IMG/VR virus record: IMGVR_UViG_3300021958_000028
Location: 61,108-125,107 of that record
DNA length: 64,000 nt
Direction: 5' to 3' (one strand)
Source: a virus
Taxonomy: Duplodnaviria > Caudoviricetes
Shown here: positions 57,826 to 64,000 of the stretch, one piece after another
Numbering within the stretch: the first letter of the stretch is position 1
How the letters are laid out: the number at the start of each line of letters is the position of its first letter
The notes under the pieces: generated by a model
What the model saw: the letters and a program-made list of their open reading frames with translations, nothing else
The model's database searches: none
What the model was told of the DNA's origin: nothing
Made by a program: the position numbers and the translations under genes

Positions 57826-59010
57826 ATGATTACTCTTCGGCCTCACCAGCAACGTGGACTTGACGCACTTGAAAAATACTCCAAAGGACAATGCATTGTC
57901 CCGACTGGAGGCGGTAAGACTCTGATTGCAATCATGGATGCAAAGAGACAACTAGAGACTAAACCTTCTACCATTGTTGTTGTCTGTCCTCGTATTCTTC
58001 TTGCAGAACAACTCTGTAGTGAGTTTCTTGAGGTTATTGATACTTCTACTGTTCACACTATTCATGTTCACAGTGGTGAAACTACTCACTTTAGTTCCAC
58101 CAGACCAAAAGATATTCACCTATTCACCAACGTAGCACGTAGTGAAGGTGAGAGTGTCCTTATTTTCACCACATATCACTCTCTACATCGCGTACAAGAG
58201 GCAGACATTGAAGTCAATACCATTTACTTTGATGAGGCACACAACAGTGTTCAACGCCACTTCTTCCCTCCTACAGAGTTCTTCTCTAACGAAGCAGATC
58301 GTTCATACTTCTTTACTGCAACCCGTAAGACTTCTGTCACTATCAATAAGCCTGGTATGAATGATCGTGAGGTTTATGGTGACATTATTTGTCGTGTTTC
58401 TGCACCTGAACTTGTTCAAGGTGGATACATTGCTCCACCTAAAATTCATGTGAAAGAATTTGACGTTCATAACAATACCAAACTGATTACCTGTGACACT
58501 GATTGTGAACATCTCATCTCCACTGTTGATGAAGTTCAGATGAAGAAACTTCTGGTCTGTGTGAAGACTTCCAAACAACTGGTAAATGTCATCACTCATA
58601 CCGATTTCACTACTCAGTTGTCTGATCGTGGTTATTCTTACCTTTATATTACCGCAAAAACTGGTGCAGTTGTTGATGGTAAGAAGGTCAATCGTGAGGA
58701 GTTCTTCAACGTCCTAAACACCTGGGGTAAAGATCCTGATAAAAAGTTCGTTGTTCTTCACCGTTCTATTCTGTCAGAGGGTATCTCTGTCAACCGTCTG
58801 GATTGTGTTATCTTCCTTCGTAATATGGACACCATTGAATTAACTCAGTCGATCGGTCGTGTTCTTCGTACCTGTCCTGATAAGGCCTTCGGTCTATGCG
58901 TCGTACCGATTTACAGCCGAGTGGGTATTGCCACAGAAAGAGCTCTTCAAAATGTTGTTGATGCCGTGTTTGAGAAGGGTGAGTTGTTAGATAGTGTAGT
59001 GCGGAAGTAA
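57826..59010 (+). CDS. SF2 DEAH-box helicase (ResIII/UvsW-like)
   Basis: LRPHQ, PTGGGKT, FDEAH, FTAT, LSEGI, QSIGRVLR; probable start ATG 57826 (57805 also in frame). Confidence 0.88.
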   Translation: MITLRPHQQRGLDALEKYSKGQCIVPTGGGKTLIAIMDAKRQLETKPSTIVVVCPRILLAEQLCSEFLEVIDTSTVHTIHVHSGETTHFSSTRPKDIHLFTNVARSEGESVLIFTTYHSLHRVQEADIEVNTIYFDEAHNSVQRHFFPPTEFFSNEADRSYFFTATRKTSVTINKPGMNDREVYGDIICRVSAPELVQGGYIAPPKIHVKEFDVHNNTKLITCDTDCEHLISTVDEVQMKKLLVCVKTSKQLVNVITHTDFTTQLSDRGYSYLYITAKTGAVVDGKKVNREEFFNVLNTWGKDPDKKFVVLHRSILSEGISVNRLDCVIFLRNMDTIELTQSIGRVLRTCPDKAFGLCVVPIYSRVGIATERALQNVVDAVFEKGELLDSVVRK

Positions 59011-59163
59011 TTATGGACATTAAAAGAGAACTGACTAATAGTTTATTACAGGCGTCATTGTGTAACACAAGAGAAGAAGCAAGAAATATTATCAGGAAGG
59101 CTGATCAGGCATCAATAAAGTTGTCAGGATTACCCTATGGATTCCCTATGAACATAAAAACAG

Positions 59164-59373
59164 ATGAAACTAACTGAACACAGAAGTGATATCCTAGATG
59201 CCAAAGTTCGGGAACTAGGGTTCACTGTAGGTAAAGATGATGAGTATGCAGCCATACCTTTGACAGGTAGTGAGACCAAGTTGGTTATCATTCACAAGGG
59301 TAATATCCTGAAGACTTGTCGTAACCGAAAGGCAGCACTTACCTTTATCAAGAAACATAGTAAAACTAAATAA
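59164..59373 (+). CDS. Hypothetical protein
   Basis: 69 aa ORF. Confidence 0.6.
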   Translation: MKLTEHRSDILDAKVRELGFTVGKDDEYAAIPLTGSETKLVIIHKGNILKTCRNRKAALTFIKKHSKTK

Positions 59374-59394
59374 GACATAGGATAAAGAAAGAAG

Positions 59395-60027
59395 ATGCAG
59401 ACCTTTCAACAATTTCAAGAAAAATTGACAGAAGTCTATGACCCTGAAGTACAAGGAAGGTCACAGATTCGTAAGACGGGTGAAGGTGGAAGAGTAGGAA
59501 GAGACCGCAGAAAGAGTGAACCAGAACGCCGTAGAATGAAGGCCACTGGTGGTGGTAAGACTGCACCAGTTAGTTACAAGGACCGAAAGGACATTGGTGA
59601 TCAGAAACAGGCAGCAAGTAGAGTTCAACAACCAACCAAAGAACGTGGCTCTGCAGAAGTCAAACAGTCATATGCTGATAAAGTCAAGGCAGAAAGAAAG
59701 GCCGCAGCATTGGCAAGACGCCAGGCCAAATCAGGTGGTGGAGAGGTAACTAAAACTAAAACATCTTCTAAAGACGCTGAGAAACAAGCATCCAAACTTC
59801 TGACCAAGAAGACACCATTGAAGAAAGTTGATCCTGATTATAAACCAGCCAAGGCGTCTGGACTTACTCGTAAAGAGAGAATGTCCCAGCAACGTAAGGG
59901 TGAGACCATGTTACGTGGTATATTTAAAGACCAAGAAACTGACAAATACCGCAAGGCAACGGGCAAGAATCCCGATGCCAAAGGTAGAACCAAGATTATG
60001 GGTAGAGTTCATGCAAGAATGAAATAA
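59395..60027 (+). CDS. Basic low-complexity protein, internal-head-protein-like
   Basis: MQTFQQF.E N-terminus, Lys/Arg-rich; CTAAATA upstream. Confidence 0.6.
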   Translation: MQTFQQFQEKLTEVYDPEVQGRSQIRKTGEGGRVGRDRRKSEPERRRMKATGGGKTAPVSYKDRKDIGDQKQAASRVQQPTKERGSAEVKQSYADKVKAERKAAALARRQAKSGGGEVTKTKTSSKDAEKQASKLLTKKTPLKKVDPDYKPAKASGLTRKERMSQQRKGETMLRGIFKDQETDKYRKATGKNPDAKGRTKIMGRVHARMK

Positions 60028-60042
60028 AAATATAATCAAAGT

Positions 60043-60100
60043 AACCAGTTTTTGAACTGTCACAAACCCTCTTGACTTTTTGTCAGAAGGGTTTTATAGT
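60043..60100 (+). promoter_or_regulatory. Sigma70 promoter with palindromic box and stem-loop
   Basis: ACCAGT-N6-ACTGTC, TTGACT(60072)-17-TATAGT(60095). Confidence 0.75.
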
Positions 60101-60106
60101 ATGCAT

Positions 60107-60298
60107 ATGAACTACCAACAACTGACAGATACAATCTATCCAGACTTTGTTGAATACACTCTGGATAAACATTCAAAAGAAATAAAAGATTTGTACAGGG
60201 GTTTCATTGATGAATATCTCAATGAAAGTCTTGGTGAGTTGAATCCAAAGACACGTAATAAACTGACAAAAGAGTTACTTAATCGACTTATTAGTTGA
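60107..60298 (+). CDS. Hypothetical early protein
   Basis: MNYQQLTDTIYP...; start placed after the promoter. Confidence 0.55.
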   Translation: MNYQQLTDTIYPDFVEYTLDKHSKEIKDLYRGFIDEYLNESLGELNPKTRNKLTKELLNRLIS

Positions 60299-60353
60299 TA
60301 TTATTGTTAGTAACCTCTAAAGTGTCCCTGTAGTGTAACCACACAAACAACTC

Positions 60354-60701
60354 ATGACTTTCACCGCTCCACAATACAAAACTGAATTTCTGACTGAATC
60401 TCTTGTTGAACAACTAAACATCCGTTTTAAGGTTGATTCTGTTGAGTCTGGTCACAATCACACATATCTCTTCAAGTATGATGTGGCCAAGAAATACATC
60501 AAGGTCTGGCGTCATGATGTATACAATGGTGAGGTTCGTGAGGGTCGTTCAATCTTCCTCTTTGTTGATAAAGAGACTGGAGCTGTGTACAAACCTGCAT
60601 CATGTAAGGCACCAGCCAAAGGTATCAGGTTCTACATTGATTTCCTGGTTGATCATCCTGAGCTTGTTGACCAATACGGTTCCTTCCTTTATCTTCGTTG
60701 A
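60354..60701 (+). CDS. Conserved phage hypothetical protein
   Basis: KKYIKV, FVDK.TG.VYKPAS.KAPAKG.R, YGSFLYLR. Confidence 0.75.
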   Translation: MTFTAPQYKTEFLTESLVEQLNIRFKVDSVESGHNHTYLFKYDVAKKYIKVWRHDVYNGEVREGRSIFLFVDKETGAVYKPASCKAPAKGIRFYIDFLVDHPELVDQYGSFLYLR

Positions 60702-60751
60702 TATTGTTAGTAACCTCTAAAGTGTCCCTGTAGTGTAACCACTCAATTATT

Positions 60752-61330
60752 ATGACCACCACTTATCAACAATTTGTTGATGATCTTCATTCTATCCCTG
60801 ATAAAGTTTTTATCGATTTTCTAATTGAATGTAAGAAAATTTATATGAGATATTCTGGAGTAGGACTTTATAATTTTGTCAAAGGTCATAAGGTTGAACA
60901 TGAATTTGTGAAATATGTTAAATCATATATTGACTTGAGAGCCAGTAAAAAACAATCACCAGATGATCCCGATTGTGTTTATGGTGAGAATTATCTCCCA
61001 GATATTAAAACAAAGCAAGATGGTCTTAAGACAAAGAAAAATGGCGAATTTTATGCAAATCCATGGATCTTAAAGAATCCCTATTCAAATAAAGATGTTT
61101 TTACAACTAGGGCAGACTCATATATCTTAATTGATCCCACTTGTAGTAAAATTGCGGTCGTTGATTCAGAATATTTCTCTGGATGTTTTAATAATCAAAA
61201 CTCAACTACTTGTTATTTCAATGTATGTCGAGATCAAGTTGACATGATTTTTGATGGTACCGGCAAAATTCCTTATGTCGAACCAATTGAACCCATCAGT
61301 GAGTATGATTTAATGGAGTCAATTCCATGA
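60752..61330 (+). CDS. Hypothetical protein, possible PD-(D/E)XK nuclease
   Basis: E...PD(C)...DIKT arrangement; flanked by repeats. Confidence 0.5.
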   Translation: MTTTYQQFVDDLHSIPDKVFIDFLIECKKIYMRYSGVGLYNFVKGHKVEHEFVKYVKSYIDLRASKKQSPDDPDCVYGENYLPDIKTKQDGLKTKKNGEFYANPWILKNPYSNKDVFTTRADSYILIDPTCSKIAVVDSEYFSGCFNNQNSTTCYFNVCRDQVDMIFDGTGKIPYVEPIEPISEYDLMESIP

Positions 61331-61383
61331 ATGTTATTGTTAGTAACCTCTAAAGTGTCCCTGTAGTATAACCATCCAATCAA

Positions 61384-61587
61384 ATGCCACTTTCTGAATC
61401 CACTGTCTCACGTATTGTCGATGCACTAAAAGATGACATCATCGAACACATTTATACAAATGAGAAATACAATGAGGTTATGCGTCAATGTATTGAAGAG
61501 GCATTAGATGCTAAAATGGGTGAGATGGATGAGGATCTATATTTTGACCTTGGTATGTGTTTATACGAACGAATTGAATTGAAATAA
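61384..61587 (+). CDS. Hypothetical early protein
   Basis: Flanked by repeats. Confidence 0.7.
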   Translation: MPLSESTVSRIVDALKDDIIEHIYTNEKYNEVMRQCIEEALDAKMGEMDEDLYFDLGMCLYERIELK

Positions 61588-61640
61588 AGTTAGTAACCTC
61601 TAAACTGTCTCTATAGTATAACCACACGCCGAGCAATCAA

Positions 61641-61808
61641 ATGAGCATCTATGTAAGATTCGATTCAGTTGAATGTGATGAGCCACAATTCATCGGTCCG
61701 TTTCAAACTGAAGAGGCTGCTGATGATTATGCAGACTATCAGAACACAGGTCTTTCACTAAATGGTGTTCCTGGTCATGTTGCATCCTATTCTGTATCTG
61801 GTTGTTGA
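61641..61808 (+). CDS. Small hypothetical protein (55 aa)
   Basis: MSIYVRFDS...IGPFQTEEAADDYA; fills the interval between two repeats. Confidence 0.65.
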   Translation: MSIYVRFDSVECDEPQFIGPFQTEEAADDYADYQNTGLSLNGVPGHVASYSVSGC

Positions 61809-61866
61809 CATTATTGTTAGTAACCTCTAAACTGTCTCTATAGTATAACCACTCTCCCCCAACACC

Positions 61867-62058
61867 ATGAGCAACAATATCAAACAAGAATCTGTTGATC
61901 TAATGGCAGAACAACTTTATCAACAGATGGTACAACATGTTGATAATGACAACTATGGTAATTCTGACGCCATCCATTCTGAATGGGTTGTTGATGGTCA
62001 AGATCCCGAAGATGGTGAATATGAGTTCATGTTCATTGACTATCTCTCACAAGTTTAA
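61867..62058 (+). CDS. Hypothetical early protein
   Basis: Follows the repeat at 61812. Confidence 0.65.
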   Translation: MSNNIKQESVDLMAEQLYQQMVQHVDNDNYGNSDAIHSEWVVDGQDPEDGEYEFMFIDYLSQV

Positions 62059-62082
62059 TTTACATCACACACAAACTAAATC

Positions 62083-62625
62083 ATGAAAAAGTTTCTCACC
62101 TCTGTTATTGCAGGCGCTTCTGTTATTTTCACACCAGGATCAGCCATTGCTGGTAACACTTATGAAGACCATGTAGATCTCTTTAATGCACTCAACGAAG
62201 TTGGTATTATTACTAGTATCAACTCTAAACTTCATTGTAGGTCTGGCGTAGATGGCAAGTATAATACAAGGTCAGGTATGTTGATCGTATGCCAAGACAA
62301 TGGCGTTCCTGGTGGCCCTCAAGTAACCTGGACTTTAAATGACTTAGACACACTTAGACATGAATCTCATCATGTTGTTCAGGACTGTAATGAGGGAACA
62401 ATTGCAGATGGGTTAACGGATAACCTTTTTTATGAAGAACAAGAGTTAATTGAATTTATCTCAAAGTCATCACTTACTACAGAGCAATTAAAAAATCTGA
62501 TGGAGTCATTAAAAAATGATGGACTGAGTTACACCTCAATCATGATTGAAGTTGAGGCATACATTGTAGCAAAAGATATTGAGGCATCAAGTATTGCTAA
62601 CAAAGTTAGGGAGTTCTGTTCCTGA
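62083..62625 (+). CDS. Secreted HExxH metallopeptidase-like protein
   Basis: Signal peptide MKKFL...AIA, LRHESHHVVQDC, E.EAY. Confidence 0.7.
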   Translation: MKKFLTSVIAGASVIFTPGSAIAGNTYEDHVDLFNALNEVGIITSINSKLHCRSGVDGKYNTRSGMLIVCQDNGVPGGPQVTWTLNDLDTLRHESHHVVQDCNEGTIADGLTDNLFYEEQELIEFISKSSLTTEQLKNLMESLKNDGLSYTSIMIEVEAYIVAKDIEASSIANKVREFCS

Positions 62626-62631
62626 TGATTG

Positions 62632-62742
62632 ATGGGCATATGTAACATGTTTTGGTGTGGTTACCTTGTTACATTGTAAGACCCATGTAGTAGAGGCATC
62701 AATCACATAATTGTGGTGGTTACAGTGATTGAGTAAGGCCTC
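62632..62742. ncRNA. Candidate twin-hairpin RNA
   Basis: Two hairpins with different stem sequences but a shared GTGGTTAC loop and GTAAG bulge. Confidence 0.5.
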
Positions 62743-62805
62743 ATTGTTGGATAATAAAGTTAGTAACCTCTAAAGTGTCCCTATAGTATGACTAACACCA
62801 AAACC

Positions 62806-63072
62806 ATGTTTCCACACCTCCACATTTCAGAGTCCAACCTTGGACCTCACACATCAACATTTTTCAAAGTATCATCACAACACAAAGATGAGTGGAGTAA
62901 TGGTATTTTTCACAACTCACCTTATGGTATCTTTCATCTTCATTCTGAGAAAGGTGTTTATAAGTTAGAACTCACATCTGGTGGGTTAGGAACTCCCAAG
63001 TTCCGCAAGTGTAAGTGTCAAGACGAACTCACTGCACTCTCTAAGATTCGCAAATGGATGGATAAGTTCTGA
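62806..63072 (+). CDS. Hypothetical early protein
   Basis: W.NGIFHNSPY, KFRK.K; probable start 62806 (62788 also in frame). Confidence 0.65.
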   Translation: MFPHLHISESNLGPHTSTFFKVSSQHKDEWSNGIFHNSPYGIFHLHSEKGVYKLELTSGGLGTPKFRKCKCQDELTALSKIRKWMDKF

Positions 63073-63126
63073 ATAGATTGTTAGTAACCTCTAAAGTGTC
63101 CCTGTAGTGTAACCGCAACAAGCATT

Positions 63127-63324
63127 ATGACATTTCTCAACTGGGTTCAAGAATCAATTGGTTGTAAAGTAGAAGACGAAAAAACTGGAATGGTTCATAC
63201 CATTACCGGTGGTAAGTTGTTAGCTGATTCACCTATGTGGCCTATGATTCAACTCACAGATGAGAATGGAGTTGTAAGATATGCAACTCTTGATAGGTTT
63301 GAAGAACTGATCTCTGTGGGATAA
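63127..63324 (+). CDS. Hypothetical early protein
   Basis: Follows the repeat at 63076. Confidence 0.65.
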   Translation: MTFLNWVQESIGCKVEDEKTGMVHTITGGKLLADSPMWPMIQLTDENGVVRYATLDRFEELISVG

Positions 63325-63351
63325 GTTTTGAATTGATAAGATAACACTTTC

Positions 63352-63376
63352 ACCCTCTCTTTGAGAGGGTTTTTTT
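63352..63376 (+). terminator. Rho-independent terminator
   Basis: ACCCTCTC-ttt-GAGAGGGT plus T run. Confidence 0.8.
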
Positions 63377-63592
63377 ATGCGTAGAGACCATCACCCATCA
63401 GACAGAACAAACCTACTACTCAAGACCCCAGTGATACCAAGGGCTCTCACGATATCAAAAACTCTTTTTTCCATATCGGGGGTTTTCAGGTGTGATAGGT
63501 CGTTTGACCCGATAAAATTATGGAAAAATCAGTTTATGACACTAACTGGTTCAGGGTATTATTGTTAGTAACCTCTAAAGTGTCCCTATGGT

Positions 63593-63766
63593 ATGAATAC
63601 TTCTAATCCTTACATTGAAACGCTAACCCAAAAGGGATACTCTGTTAAAGAGTGTCAAACACCATCAAAGACTAAAAAGTCTTTCCCATGTGTGATTCAT
63701 GGAAGAACATTCCAAACCGAAGAAGAGTACCACGAAGCTCTTCATGAGTTCCTGAATGGTAACTAA
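63593..63766 (+). CDS. Small hypothetical protein (57 aa)
   Basis: MNTSNPYIETL...; fills the interval between the repeats at 63560 and 63767. Confidence 0.6.
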   Translation: MNTSNPYIETLTQKGYSVKECQTPSKTKKSFPCVIHGRTFQTEEEYHEALHEFLNGN

Positions 63767-63819
63767 CATTGTTAGTAACCTCCAAAGTGTCCCTGTAGTA
63801 TGAGAACATCTTCAAACTA

Positions 63820-63972
63820 ATGCGTTACACAAACCCCTCTGGTCAAGAGTACATTTTTCCTTATTCAATCTCCCGTGAAGAAGCACTACAACGTATGGAA
63901 GAATATGAAAAGAAAGTAGAACAAGATGAACGTTCTGGACAACAATTATTCGATGATATGTTCGGAGGTTGA
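63820..63972 (+). CDS. Small hypothetical protein (50 aa)
   Basis: MRYTNPSGQEYIFP...; follows the repeat at 63767. Confidence 0.6.
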   Translation: MRYTNPSGQEYIFPYSISREEALQRMEEYEKKVEQDERSGQQLFDDMFGG

Positions 63973-64000
63973 TTAACATTATGCAAGAGACTAAGTTTAT

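Larger units (their letters stand above)
55241..63802 (+). repeat. Dispersed ~39 bp intergenic repeat, 12 copies
   Basis: Consensus TATTGTTAGTAACCTCTAAAGTGTCCCTGTAGTGTAACC at 55241, 57465, 57772, 60302, 60702, 61335, 61585, 61812, 62755, 63076, 63560, 63767. Confidence 0.92.

Noticed and set aside
63377-63568. 63 aa ORF from the track
   Set aside because: Starts immediately after a terminator T run, has no RBS and runs into a repeat; more likely non-coding
55241-63802. CRISPR array or integron attC array interpretation of the 39 bp repeats
   Set aside because: Intervals are about 200-2500 bp and contain whole genes; no cas or integrase gene in the window; repeats lack the long attC hairpin

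Overview
This is a 64 kb segment of a T4-like (myovirus) cyanophage genome of the marine Synechococcus/Prochlorococcus type. From left to right it holds small genes plus thyX, phoH, an exonuclease, gp33, gp59, an HNH homing endonuclease and gp32. A baseplate/tail module follows (gp53, gp48, gp2, gp4, gp54/19-like, gp26/gp51, lysozyme- and M23-bearing proteins, gp5), then large fibre/structural proteins and a collagen-like tail fibre. Next comes a complete diversity-generating retroelement (target with VR, avd, TR, RT; 26 of 26 VR/TR mismatches fall on TR adenines) and a cluster of modifying enzymes (2OG-Fe(II) oxygenases, sulfotransferase, carbamoyltransferase, glycosyltransferases). The window ends in an early/host-takeover region with CP12 and many small genes punctuated by 12 copies of a ~39 bp repeat. 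Less expected signals: (1) a twin-hairpin non-coding element whose loops are antisense to the leaders following those repeats; (2) a structured RNA upstream of the HNH gene whose loop is complementary, in permuted order, to the HNH 5' leader; (3) a tandem glutamine-riboswitch-like element with a 55-codon ORF nested in its second aptamer; (4) a -1 slippery site fusing the gp26-like ORF to the next ORF in the lambda G/GT position. All product calls come from motif recognition and synteny by eye; no searches were run.
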